NCBI GenBank assembly: GCA_963662315.1 | Contig: OY759353.1 | Span: forward strand, 384,001-448,000 | Length of the DNA: 64,000 bases | DNA from: Geopsychrobacteraceae bacterium | GTDB taxonomy: Bacteria; Desulfobacterota; Desulfuromonadia; Desulfuromonadales; Geopsychrobacteraceae | Reading direction: 5' to 3' | In this document: positions 31,698 through 41,466 of the stretch, piece after piece | Position numbering within the stretch: the stretch's first letter is position 1 | Layout: every line of letters starts with the position of its first letter | Program-made: the position numbers and the translations under genes | Notes under the pieces: generated by a model | Told to the model about the DNA's origin: nothing | Database searches by the model: none | What the model saw: only the letters and a program-made list of their open reading frames with translations

Positions 31698-34102
31698 AGT
31701 CCTTAAGGGATTCTTCCGCAACGAATGCCAAAGAATTTGATCATCTTACCCAACGTTGTTTAACTTATTTGCGTTGCTGGCCGGTATCCGAGCTACGGCG
31801 CCTTGAGATGGTTAGCGACACGGTTCGCGTCATTAGCGGTGGTGAGGCAAGCCCTCAGTTGACTTCCGTGTATGCTAAAGCGTTCCAGCGGCTACGCAGG
31901 CGAATCAATATGGAGATCCCCCAAGACCCGGTTCAGGCCTTGCCACAGATGAAGCGTACCAGTATGCCTGCTGCGTCACTGAGTCCGTTAGCAGAGGCTC
32001 AGGGCTCAGCATTTAAGCACAGTTGGCAGCGTCCAGCGTTGTTCCGCCGGATTCTGCTGGCCTTTCTGGTATTTGCTCCGGCCATAGTGGCCGCCTGGGG
32101 TATTTCAACCATTTTGCCATATCACGGTTCGACTCACACGGAGAAGCTGCTGGTGCTGATCAGCGGTATTTTGTTTGCCTGGGTGTCAGTCGGTTTTTGG
32201 GTGGCCATGTTTGGTACGGTGCTGCTGCTTAAGGGGCAAGGGGGAAGCCTCAGCTCAAAAGCGATAAATGATACTGAGATCTCTATTCCGAAGTCGGTCC
32301 GTACCGCTATTCTTTTCCCCATTTGCGGTGAAGATATGCGTCGGGTCAGTGCCGGCGTGTTCTCTGTTTATCAATCTTTGAAAAAAACCGGTCAGATGGA
32401 TCAGTTCGATTTTTATTTGTTAAGTGATTCACGAAACCCAGACAGCTGGATTAATGAAGAGGTTTTCTGGCGGCAATTATGCACCGATCTGGGGGATCCC
32501 GGTAACCTTTTCTACCGGCGCAGGCGGCTGAATCTGAAAAGAAAAAGTGGCAATATCGCTGATTTCTGCCGACGTTTTGGTACCAGCTATCGCTACATGA
32601 TTGTTTTTGATGCTGATAGTATTATGTCTGGGCCAACCCTGGTGAAGATGGTTCATCTGATGGAGAACAATCCGCAGGTCGGTATCTTGCAGACGCCTCC
32701 GGCAGTCGTGGGCAAAGAGACCCTGTTGGCCAGAATTCAACAATTCTGCAGCCGCGCTTATGGCCCTGTCTATGCTGCGGGCCTGCATTGGCTACAACAG
32801 GGGGATGGTAGCTTCTGGGGTCATAATGCCATTTTACGCATTGAACCGTTTATGCAGCATTGCGGGTTACCGCGTTTGTCCGGCAAGGCTCCCTGGGGGG
32901 GGGATATCCTCAGTCACGATTTTGTTGAGTCGGCCCTGATGCGCAGGGCAGGGTGGAGTATCTGGCTGGTTTACGATCTTGATGGATCCTATGAAGAGCC
33001 CCCACCGACACTGCTTGATGAACTCAAAAGAGATCGGCGCTGGTGCAGTGGCAATCTTCAGCATGTGCGCCTTATCTTCACCGGTGGCCTAAGTGCTGCG
33101 CATCGTTGGCTGTTTGTTAATGGTATTATGAGTTATGTTTCGGCCGCGATGTGGTTTTTGTTACTGGTTCTCTCTTCTGTCTCTGTCGTTGCCAATGCAT
33201 TTTCACCACCAGATTATTTTCCGGCCGGACGCAGCCTTTTTCCACAGTGGCCGGTCTGGGACCCGTATGCTCCGGCGGTATTGTTGGGGATTACCGCAAT
33301 CCTTCTGTTTCTTCCCAAGGTTTTCGCCATTGTGGTGATTTTCCTGCAAAGAAATACTCTCCACTTTGGGGGCGGGGTTGCACTGTGTGCCAGTGTGCTG
33401 CTGGAAATGGTCGTGTCTGCATTTCTGGCCCCAGTGCGGATGGTTTTTCACACCCGTTTCGTGCTGATGATGCTGTTGCGCAGACAATCCGGCTGGAATC
33501 CTCAGAATCGTGATGATGCAGCGACTAGCTGGGGGGAAGCGAGTCAGGCTTTTTATCCCTGCATGCTTATCTCTGTGGTGTGGGGAAGTGTTGTTCTGCT
33601 GATTAACCAGACGTTTTTTTTGTGGCTTGCTCCCGTTCTTGTCCCCTTGTTACTGGCAATTCCGCTTGCGGTTATTACCAGCAGACGCAGTATTGGTCTG
33701 AAAGCACGGCGGGCAAAATTATTATTGATACCTGAGGAGATTTCTGCGCCGAGTGAACTTGTGACCCTGGTCAATAAGCAACGTGATTTAGGTTTGGCGA
33801 TTACCCCATTACGGTTGCTTACTACCGACGGTTTTGTTCGTGCGGTTCTCAATCCTCAGATCAATCTTTTGCATCGCCGTTTGCGTGGCAGAATGACCAG
33901 ATCAAAAATCCCGGCCAATAAGCGCTTTTTATTGATGCGTAAAGCCCTGAACAGTGGTCCTGAAGGTCTTAGTGATCAGGAAAAGAGGCGCATCTTGCAG
34001 GACAATTTATTATTATGGATGCTGCATAAGTGGGTTTGGGCGCTGCCTGATGGCGACACGTCCCAGAAATGGTTTGGCCGCTATACGCACCGGATGATCT
34101 GA
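31694..34102 (+). CDS. opgH: Glucan biosynthesis glucosyltransferase H
   Basis: RKSGNIADFCRR, VFDADS, FWGHNAI, LSHDFVES, RDRRWCSGNLQH. Confidence 0.93.
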   Translation: MKSLRDSSATNAKEFDHLTQRCLTYLRCWPVSELRRLEMVSDTVRVISGGEASPQLTSVYAKAFQRLRRRINMEIPQDPVQALPQMKRTSMPAASLSPLAEAQGSAFKHSWQRPALFRRILLAFLVFAPAIVAAWGISTILPYHGSTHTEKLLVLISGILFAWVSVGFWVAMFGTVLLLKGQGGSLSSKAINDTEISIPKSVRTAILFPICGEDMRRVSAGVFSVYQSLKKTGQMDQFDFYLLSDSRNPDSWINEEVFWRQLCTDLGDPGNLFYRRRRLNLKRKSGNIADFCRRFGTSYRYMIVFDADSIMSGPTLVKMVHLMENNPQVGILQTPPAVVGKETLLARIQQFCSRAYGPVYAAGLHWLQQGDGSFWGHNAILRIEPFMQHCGLPRLSGKAPWGGDILSHDFVESALMRRAGWSIWLVYDLDGSYEEPPPTLLDELKRDRRWCSGNLQHVRLIFTGGLSAAHRWLFVNGIMSYVSAAMWFLLLVLSSVSVVANAFSPPDYFPAGRSLFPQWPVWDPYAPAVLLGITAILLFLPKVFAIVVIFLQRNTLHFGGGVALCASVLLEMVVSAFLAPVRMVFHTRFVLMMLLRRQSGWNPQNRDDAATSWGEASQAFYPCMLISVVWGSVVLLINQTFFLWLAPVLVPLLLAIPLAVITSRRSIGLKARRAKLLLIPEEISAPSELVTLVNKQRDLGLAITPLRLLTTDGFVRAVLNPQINLLHRRLRGRMTRSKIPANKRFLLMRKALNSGPEGLSDQEKRRILQDNLLLWMLHKWVWALPDGDTSQKWFGRYTHRMI

Positions 34103-34128
34103 CAATTTCCGTTTGGATGGTTTGTCAT

Positions 34129-34171
34129 AAAGCAGGGAGTTCTTTTCGCATCAGAGAATTTCCTGCTTTTT
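34129..34171 (+). terminator. Probable terminator after opgGH
   Basis: AAAGCAGGGAGTTCT...AGAATTTCCTGCTTTTT. Confidence 0.7.
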
Positions 34172-34377
34172 ATTATTGTCGCTAGTGCGGGAAAAGAGAG
34201 TCGTGCTACACGATTCTCTGCTATGAAATAAGTGATTTTATTCGGTTATAGCTCATCTTTCGGTTGAATTAGTCAGGTTTTATTATACAGTTATAGAGTT
34301 TATTGCTCAGTTCAAACAGTACGCTGTCATCAAGCTTTATATTTTTTGTTTTCTCATCCCTGACGTTAGGAGGCTCT

Positions 34378-34890
34378 ATGAAAAATATCCGTTTCAGCAT
34401 GGTTTTGTTGATAGTGTTAGTGCTGGTTGCTCCTGTCGGGGCACAGACTTTTCCTGATCAGCATGACCACAAAAGCTGTCAGTATTGTGGCATGGACCGA
34501 CTAAAATTTGGCCATAGCAGGATGCTGGTCAGCTATAAAGACGGGAGTGAGGTTGGTACCTGCAGTTTGCATTGCATGGCGCTGGAATACGCCAGCTCAA
34601 TCAGTCGCATTCCGCTTAAGTTGATGGTTGCTGATTTCAACAGTGGCAAATTGGTTGATGCGCAGACTGCCAGTTGGGTTCTCGGTGGTGACAGGCCCGG
34701 TGTTATGACAGCGCGTGCCAAGTGGGCTTTTGCTTCACCTCAAAGTGCTGAAAAATTTGTTGCTGAACATGGCGGGCAAATCATCGATTTTGAACAGGCA
34801 TTAAAGGCCAGTTACGAAGACATGTATGCAGATGTCCAGCGTATTAGGAACATGCGTGCTATGAAAATGAAGAAAATGAAGGGGAAGTAG
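34378..34890 (+). CDS. NosL family periplasmic putative copper-binding protein
   Basis: Signal peptide; CQYCGMD, CSLHC, AF...AEKFVAEHGG; Met/Lys-rich tail. Confidence 0.82.
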   Translation: MKNIRFSMVLLIVLVLVAPVGAQTFPDQHDHKSCQYCGMDRLKFGHSRMLVSYKDGSEVGTCSLHCMALEYASSISRIPLKLMVADFNSGKLVDAQTASWVLGGDRPGVMTARAKWAFASPQSAEKFVAEHGGQIIDFEQALKASYEDMYADVQRIRNMRAMKMKKMKGK

Positions 34891-34903
34891 AGGCTTGTTG
34901 GTC

Positions 34904-35359
34904 ATGTTGAGAACGCTTGTTATCTGCGCTATTCTTACACTTTTCCTGCTAACACCTTTGGGTGCCCAGTCCCTGCGGCAACCTGGAGAGAGGGATCGGT
35001 GTCCTGTCTGTGGCATGTTTGTTGCTCCCTACCCGGAGTGGCTTGCCACGCTGGTCAGAACTGACGGAACGCAGTTGTTTTTCGATGGCTGCAAAGATCT
35101 GTTTCGTTACTATTTTAATCTGCAGCCAGATGATCTCGCTCAGGTTCAGGCCATTTTTGTGACAGATTACTATCGTACTCAATTGCTGCCAGCCTCAGAA
35201 GTTTATTATGTGACAGGCAGTGATGTTTACGGTCCGATGGGGAAGGAATTGATTCCGATTGCCGGGAAGCAGAATGCAGAAACCTTTATGCTCGATCATA
35301 ATGGTAAGCAGATCCTCTCGTTTGAACAACTGTCTGTAGACGTGTTGCCGGGGGATTGA
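34904..35359 (+). CDS. NosL family periplasmic protein
   Basis: RCPVCGMFV, FFDGCKDL, VTDYY, GSDVYGPMG.ELIP, F..DHNG. Confidence 0.85.
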   Translation: MLRTLVICAILTLFLLTPLGAQSLRQPGERDRCPVCGMFVAPYPEWLATLVRTDGTQLFFDGCKDLFRYYFNLQPDDLAQVQAIFVTDYYRTQLLPASEVYYVTGSDVYGPMGKELIPIAGKQNAETFMLDHNGKQILSFEQLSVDVLPGD

Positions 35360-35685
35360 TGAAGCGTTCATGTGTGTGGGGCGGATTGATCTGTTGCCTG
35401 TTGGTTGGTCTTGGCGGTCTTCTCCTGTTCAGTTGTCAACAGTCAAGCCGTCACGACGATGTGGCTGCCAAACAGCTTCTTGTCGCCACTTTGCAACTGA
35501 CCGATCTGAGCCTTTGCAGTGAAGCACGATATACCCGGCATCCGACTCAGGCCGATCTGTTTTCTGCCTTCCAGGATTCTCCTGCTGCTTTTGAACATTT
35601 CCCGACCGGCTCTTTGATTCTTCCCCGGGTGAGCGGATTTACCGCGCGTGTTGAGGTTCTTCATTCTGCCGAAAAAAGGGAATGA
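35359..35685 (+). CDS. Membrane-anchored hypothetical protein of the NosL-ABC module
   Basis: N-terminal TM; DLSLCSEARYTRHP..AD.FSAFQD.P...EHFPTGS; translationally coupled on both sides. Confidence 0.7.
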   Translation: MKRSCVWGGLICCLLVGLGGLLLFSCQQSSRHDDVAAKQLLVATLQLTDLSLCSEARYTRHPTQADLFSAFQDSPAAFEHFPTGSLILPRVSGFTARVEVLHSAEKRE

Positions 35686-36842
35686 CTTTGCGCTATCTTA
35701 AAATTCTTGAATATACCTTGTCTGCCCTGATGCGGCGTAAAGGCAAGACCGTTTCCCTGGTGTTGGTGTATGCATTTACCATCGCCGCACTTGGCTCGGT
35801 TCTTTTGCTAACCCATGCCCTGAAACAGGAGGCAGTAAGAAGCTTGGCAACCGCGCCTGAAATAGTCGTTCAGCGTGTTGCGGCTGGCCGTCATGAATTG
35901 ATAGAGACGCAGGCAGGGGCCATTATTGAAAGGCTTCCGGGGGTTAAAAAAGTTGTCCCGCGCGTCTGGGGCTATTATTACGACTCTTTGATCAAGGCGA
36001 ACCTGACCCTGATGGGGATTCGGGGACAATCCCAGACGCTAGAATTGTTAAATGGCAGGCTACCACAAGCCGATGATGAATGTGCCATAGGAGCTGGTGT
36101 GATAAGCGCATTCGGGCCGGGAATCGGGGACCTGCTGGTCTTGGAAGATGCTCACAAAGCACGGCGTGAATATAAAATTACCGGAACTTTTTCGGCCTCT
36201 TCCAGCCTTTTGACCAACGACCTGGCTATTCTGACAGAAGCGGCATTACGCAATTTCTTTGCTCTTCCTGACCACTTGGCAACAGACCTGGCGGTTGAGG
36301 TTTACAACCCGCGAGAAGTAAAAACACTGGCTAAAAAAATCAGTTATCACCTGCCGGGTAGTCGCCCGATAACCAGAGATGAAATCCGTCATACCTATGA
36401 TTCACTGTTTAACTGGCGCAGTGGCATGATGCTGGTTGTTTCAGTGGCGGCGCTGATTGCTTTTTGCATTTTGGCCTGGGATAAGGCGACCGGTATCAGC
36501 GCCGAAGAAAAACAGGAAATAGGTATATTGAAAGCCTTGGGTTGGGAGACCTCTGACGTGCTCTTGAGTAAATTCTGGGAAGGTCTGGTGATTTCTTTAT
36601 CCGCGTTTCTGCTCGGGATCATTGTTGCGTGGATTCATGTTTTTGTCTTCAGTGCACCGTTGCTGACGCCTCTGCTAAAAGGCTGGTCGGTTTTGTTCCC
36701 CGACTTCAGGCTGACTCCGGATATTGACATGTATCAGCTTTTTGTCCTGGCCGTTTTAACCATTGTTCCTTATCTGGCCTGTACGCTGGTGCCGTCCTGG
36801 CGCACCGCAACGACCGATCCGGAGCAGGTTATGAGGGGGTAA
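35682..36842 (+). CDS. ABC transporter permease, FtsX/LolC/MacB family
   Basis: TM1, periplasmic domain, three C-terminal TMs; EIGILKALGW. Confidence 0.88.
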   Translation: MTLRYLKILEYTLSALMRRKGKTVSLVLVYAFTIAALGSVLLLTHALKQEAVRSLATAPEIVVQRVAAGRHELIETQAGAIIERLPGVKKVVPRVWGYYYDSLIKANLTLMGIRGQSQTLELLNGRLPQADDECAIGAGVISAFGPGIGDLLVLEDAHKARREYKITGTFSASSSLLTNDLAILTEAALRNFFALPDHLATDLAVEVYNPREVKTLAKKISYHLPGSRPITRDEIRHTYDSLFNWRSGMMLVVSVAALIAFCILAWDKATGISAEEKQEIGILKALGWETSDVLLSKFWEGLVISLSAFLLGIIVAWIHVFVFSAPLLTPLLKGWSVLFPDFRLTPDIDMYQLFVLAVLTIVPYLACTLVPSWRTATTDPEQVMRG

Positions 36843-36843
36843 T

Positions 36844-37536
36844 ATGGCACCGATCATCGCTGTTAAGGACGTGTGTAAAATTTATAATCGGCACGCACCG
36901 GATGAAATGATTGCTTTGGACAATATTAATCTGGATATTGCTGCGGGAGATGTCGTTGCTTTAACCGGACCCAGTGGTTCGGGTAAAACAACGCTACTCA
37001 GTTTACTCGGCTGTATGGGACGCCCGACATCAGGGTCAATCAGGTTGCATGAACGGCACATCTCACGACTTCCCGAACGCTTTTTGGCCAAAATCAGGCG
37101 TGAAACATTCGGGTTTGTGTTCCAGCACTACAACCTGTTACGCGACGTATCGGTGACAGAAAATGTCATGTTGCCTCTTTACCCGACTGCGATGCGGGTC
37201 AAGACGATGAAAAATTTGGCCCATGAAGTTCTTGAACGATTTGGCATCGGTCATATGGCAGATAAAAAAGTCAAACTGCTCAGTGGCGGGGAGCAGCAGC
37301 GTGTGGCTATTGCCAGGGCTTTAGTGACACAGCCGGACATTATTATCGCAGATGAACCTACGGCCCACCTGGATAATGAACTGGCGCATGACCTGCTGGC
37401 GATTTTCCGGCAGCTAAGTGATGATGGCAAAACCCTGATTATCGCAACACACGACCCTTTTGTCAGTCGGTCAGGGCTGATTAAACGGACTATTGAGTTG
37501 CGATTTGGTCGGGTTGTAGGGGATGTGTTCCCGTGA
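36844..37536 (+). CDS. ABC transporter ATP-binding protein, LolD/MacB family
   Basis: GPSGSGKTT, FVFQHYNL, LSGGEQQRVAIARAL, ADEPT. Confidence 0.93.
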   Translation: MAPIIAVKDVCKIYNRHAPDEMIALDNINLDIAAGDVVALTGPSGSGKTTLLSLLGCMGRPTSGSIRLHERHISRLPERFLAKIRRETFGFVFQHYNLLRDVSVTENVMLPLYPTAMRVKTMKNLAHEVLERFGIGHMADKKVKLLSGGEQQRVAIARALVTQPDIIIADEPTAHLDNELAHDLLAIFRQLSDDGKTLIIATHDPFVSRSGLIKRTIELRFGRVVGDVFP

Positions 37537-38543
37537 TACTTCATCCCGGTATTCTTGCCTTGCTGAGTGGCTCCCTGATCATATTTTTGATCATGTGTTA
37601 TGCCTGTGGCGTCGCGTTATCAATTTTACGTTATTGGGATATTAACAGCGCGACTGAACAGCAACTGTCTCTGGAGAGAAAAACCTGGCTTGTTTCAGTC
37701 TTACTGAATTATGCTTTTGCCTTCCAGATTCTTTCAGTCTTTTTATTCATTCTGACGGCCGAAGATATTCACTCTCTGTTTATCGGGGCCATGTGTGCTA
37801 CGGGTTCGCTGAACGCGAATCTTGTTGGCTGGCTCGTTTTGCTGATCAAAGGATTATTATTATTTGCCGGCGGTTTCTGGGTATTGATCAATCTGATTGA
37901 TCAAAATACCGAGGATACCCCGCTGGTTAAGGTAAAGTATAGAGCGGTACTGCTTATCACCCCTCTGGTCGGCTTTGATCTGTATCTGCAGTGGCGCTAT
38001 TTCATGGGCCTTCAGCCAGAGGTTATTACGTCCTGTTGCGGTTCTTTGTTCAGCAGTCAGGGAGACAGTGTCGCCAGCGATCTGGTGTCACTTCCAATAG
38101 CTCAGGCGGTCCAGTTGTTTGGCGGCTGTGTTTTCGGCTATCTGTTGTTGCTTGGCCTCTGCTACTTTTTCAAGGCACCTATCTGGCGCCATCTTTTGTT
38201 TATCGTCAGTCTGCTGACATTTTTTGTTTCACTTGGCAGCATAGTGTCTTTTCTGTCTCTGTACATCTATCAGATGCCAAGCCATCATTGTCCGTTTGAC
38301 ATGCTGCAGGGGCATTATTATTACGTTGGCTATCCGATGTACGCCGGCTTGTTCAGTGCCGCTTTATTTGGCATGGCTCCTGGCCTGTTCCAGCCCTTTT
38401 GCTATTATCAATCTATACGTAATGAAATGGCCCGCCTTGAACGTGTCTGGCTGCTTCTGGCTGGTTGTGGTTTCCTCCTCTTTTTATTGTTTCCTGCCTG
38501 GCACGCGTTGTTCGGAGCCTTTAGATTATCCAGTTATTTTTAA
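37533..38543 (+). CDS. Multi-pass membrane protein with Cys/His motifs, unknown function
   Basis: About 8 TMs; GAMCATG, TSCCGS, HHCPFD; GTGA overlap with the ATPase. Confidence 0.75.
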   Translation: MILHPGILALLSGSLIIFLIMCYACGVALSILRYWDINSATEQQLSLERKTWLVSVLLNYAFAFQILSVFLFILTAEDIHSLFIGAMCATGSLNANLVGWLVLLIKGLLLFAGGFWVLINLIDQNTEDTPLVKVKYRAVLLITPLVGFDLYLQWRYFMGLQPEVITSCCGSLFSSQGDSVASDLVSLPIAQAVQLFGGCVFGYLLLLGLCYFFKAPIWRHLLFIVSLLTFFVSLGSIVSFLSLYIYQMPSHHCPFDMLQGHYYYVGYPMYAGLFSAALFGMAPGLFQPFCYYQSIRNEMARLERVWLLLAGCGFLLFLLFPAWHALFGAFRLSSYF

Positions 38544-38891
38544 TTCGGATATCCTTTGCGTGTGTAAATAGTGTATTTCCTGGGTTTGTCTTAAATTCTC
38601 ATAGGTTGCATGTCGATATTCTGGATGTACCCTGTGCCTGTCTGATCTCTGTACTGTAGTTCGGGATCAAGAGTATTTTTCGCTCTGCCGGAGTAATAAG
38701 TCATTCCATGCTCATGCCCCTTCTGGTTGCTCGCTACTCAAATGTCTAAAATATGAATCTTTTCATTTGCCAATATTAATTTTGCTGTATATATCTAAGT
38801 AAATGGGAAAAAATTCTATATTGAGTACAGGCGGATGGATGCTGCGCTGATCTTGTTCAGAATCCCTATCAATGCCAAGGAGGATGAGGAA

Positions 38892-40241
38892 ATGGCTGAT
38901 TTCACCAGGCGAGAATTTATAAAAGTTTCAGGTATCGCTCTTGGCGGTATTATTCTGACGGGATGTGGCGGGTCTGATTCTGATTCCAGTGCTTCTTTAC
39001 CAAATGGCTACACCTTTTATTCTTTAAAAACTCTTTCTGATTCGGTTGATTACTGGGGAGCTAACTTTAAAATAGAGGAATTTCTTGGTTCGGCTTATAT
39101 CTGCGACAATGGAATTATAACTTTTGATGCTGAAGACAAGTCTAAAAGACGGGGCATCTTTCAGCTTGAAGTGGACTTCAGCGCGGATGAGCCAAAAATT
39201 GTTTCGGAGCGCACGGCTTTACTGGCAGGAACGACTTTACCAGATAAGCGGGTAGTGGGTCTTTGTCGAAATTATGACGTGGACGAAATGGGCAATATTG
39301 CCGCAATAATTGAAGGTAATCACAAATATTCAAGTGATGATCATTTTGGTTCGGGGTTGTACTTTGAACAAAACGCCGCAGGGTTTGAACCTCTGCTTAT
39401 TGCCGGTCAAAAATTTAACAACAATGAAAGAACCAGCACCGGGATCTTTTATTGTGCATCAGTAAAAAACGCCAATATTATTGCTTCTTTTCACCATGTA
39501 CCTGTGACCCCTTACGGGACGACTCATGTGGATAGTCTCGTCCATTTTTCTCGGGGGAGTCTGGATAGTTCAAATATTTTAATCTCCCGCGGGGATTATT
39601 TGGCTGGAACAGATTATATGGTCAAATCATTTGGATTGCTTGACCACAACGATAACGGAGATTTTTGTGCCACGGCATTTGCTTCGGCTCCGTTACTTGA
39701 GGCAACTGAATCAGCAACCAGCGATGCTTCTAAAGCCAGTTTCAATTTCACTGCTCATGTGAATGCGCCTAACGATCACCTCCTTCTCAGTGCGTCTCCA
39801 ACAGCATCAGTCAGTAGCGGACCCGCTTTTGGCGAGTCAGGATATGCGCCGCGTATTGATGCTCAAGGCAACAGCTATTCTCTGTTAGTGGGTGACAACG
39901 ATCAACTGTCCCTGGTCAAAAATACCCAAGTTCTGTTAACGACCGGTGACGCTAGCCAGGCTGGAATTATTCAGCATATTGGGACCGGTTCGGTAGGGCC
40001 TGATGGAACCTATTATTATTCAGCAAGGACAGACGCTGCAGATTGGACCCTGTTTGCTTTTGATGGTTCTACCCATAGGTTGATTCTTTCCAGCGGTAAC
40101 ATTCTTGACCCGGGAGGAGAAACGGTCGTCCGGACTCTCTTTGGCGTCACTAAGAAACATGTCGATAGTGCCGGACGGCTCGTGTTCTGTTGTACCTTCG
40201 CAGACGGCACAACCTCATTAGTTGTCGGTATCCCCAGCTAA
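38892..40241 (+). CDS. Tat-exported lipoprotein with probable beta-propeller repeats, unknown function
   Basis: TRREFIK twin-arginine motif and lipobox LTGC; six spaced D/N-x-x-G repeats. Confidence 0.72.
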   Translation: MADFTRREFIKVSGIALGGIILTGCGGSDSDSSASLPNGYTFYSLKTLSDSVDYWGANFKIEEFLGSAYICDNGIITFDAEDKSKRRGIFQLEVDFSADEPKIVSERTALLAGTTLPDKRVVGLCRNYDVDEMGNIAAIIEGNHKYSSDDHFGSGLYFEQNAAGFEPLLIAGQKFNNNERTSTGIFYCASVKNANIIASFHHVPVTPYGTTHVDSLVHFSRGSLDSSNILISRGDYLAGTDYMVKSFGLLDHNDNGDFCATAFASAPLLEATESATSDASKASFNFTAHVNAPNDHLLLSASPTASVSSGPAFGESGYAPRIDAQGNSYSLLVGDNDQLSLVKNTQVLLTTGDASQAGIIQHIGTGSVGPDGTYYYSARTDAADWTLFAFDGSTHRLILSSGNILDPGGETVVRTLFGVTKKHVDSAGRLVFCCTFADGTTSLVVGIPS

Positions 40242-40256
40242 GAGCAGGAGTCATTC

Positions 40257-41444
40257 ATGGCCTATCAAATCGAGAAGACCTTTATCGGTACCAGTGATCC
40301 CCTCAGTCTGACCAGCAGCCTGTCCTATTATGGGGCTCATGCCCCAGACTCGTCAGATCTGTCCATTCACAGAAATACCGATATCCTCAATGTTTATCAG
40401 GATAACCATATTGGGTTGTCTGCCAAGTTCAATATCAACGTCGATTTAACGGCGGGGCTGGTACTGCCTTCATGGACTGCTAAGATTCCTGTTGAAAGTG
40501 GGGAAATCGACAGTACGTCCATGACCGTGACTATCGGTGATGATGAGATCATGGGAGGCATGCTACTAGGGGCAAAGTTTGTTATTACCCTGACTTACTC
40601 CATTCGGCGCTGGCATGATGGTTACTTTTCTCACTGGAAGTGGCATTCCGGTCATTGGGGCGACTATGAAACCTTCAGTATGCCAATCCCGATTGACCTG
40701 ATTCCTGCCTGTGTTGATACGATGGTTGCCCTACTCGGGTTGATCCCAAAGTTAAAAATATTAATACAGGTGATTCCTAAAGGCTGGCTTGACCATATGG
40801 AGGATAAAAAGGCAGGCATCTCTTCCTCCTCGGGGGTGTTCATCGACGCCAGTCTTCCTTTGCGCTATGATCTGATTTCTATCGGTCGCGTTATTGCCGA
40901 ATCCGGGCTTGAAGTTGCTTCCCTCGGCCTGACCCCGGCCGGAGCGGCGGTTGTGACTTTGCTGGTTGAACTCGCGGAGTTTTTTGTCTCTTTGCTGGAC
41001 AAGCTCAAGGTGGTTCAGGTTGCCGTGGGGCCACAGGTCGATGTGACCTTCCCGGTTCGGGTCAAGATAACCAAACTTTATGCGGCCGATGCTGATGAAA
41101 GGGTTGTTAATGTGTTTGACAACCTGTCTTTCGATGGTAAGACGATAACCGGTTATAACGACACTCAGAAGGAGTTAATCCCTGCCCGTATCGGTATGCA
41201 TTTTAATCATACTCTTGAAATTCCAGAAACTGACCTGGGGGTATGGGGGCATATCTCCCTGTTTTGGATTTTTGGCGTCACACCATTCTGGGATCTACAT
41301 GTGATGGATATTATTGATAAAGAATTTGATATCGATCCACTGGGTGTCCATTTTGACTCATCGATGAGCAATGTGATTGGCGGTACAGGCTGGGATGATT
41401 CGAAGCAGGCGCCTCCGGACACGATCACGGTTAAATTTATTTGA
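40257..41444 (+). CDS. Hypothetical protein (no signal peptide, central hydrophobic helices)
   Basis: 395-aa ORF with SD AGGAG, 15 nt after the previous stop. Confidence 0.75.
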   Translation: MAYQIEKTFIGTSDPLSLTSSLSYYGAHAPDSSDLSIHRNTDILNVYQDNHIGLSAKFNINVDLTAGLVLPSWTAKIPVESGEIDSTSMTVTIGDDEIMGGMLLGAKFVITLTYSIRRWHDGYFSHWKWHSGHWGDYETFSMPIPIDLIPACVDTMVALLGLIPKLKILIQVIPKGWLDHMEDKKAGISSSSGVFIDASLPLRYDLISIGRVIAESGLEVASLGLTPAGAAVVTLLVELAEFFVSLLDKLKVVQVAVGPQVDVTFPVRVKITKLYAADADERVVNVFDNLSFDGKTITGYNDTQKELIPARIGMHFNHTLEIPETDLGVWGHISLFWIFGVTPFWDLHVMDIIDKEFDIDPLGVHFDSSMSNVIGGTGWDDSKQAPPDTITVKFI

Positions 41445-41466
41445 TAATTTTCAGAATAGGCACGTT

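Noticed and set aside
34378..35359. Nitrous oxide reductase (nos) cluster
   Set aside because: No nosZ, nosD or nosR, and the ABC pair is LolCDE/MacB-type rather than NosFY
38591..38704. 37-codon minus-strand ORF (MTYYSGRAK...) in an intergenic region
   Set aside because: No properly spaced SD, no motif and no terminator support
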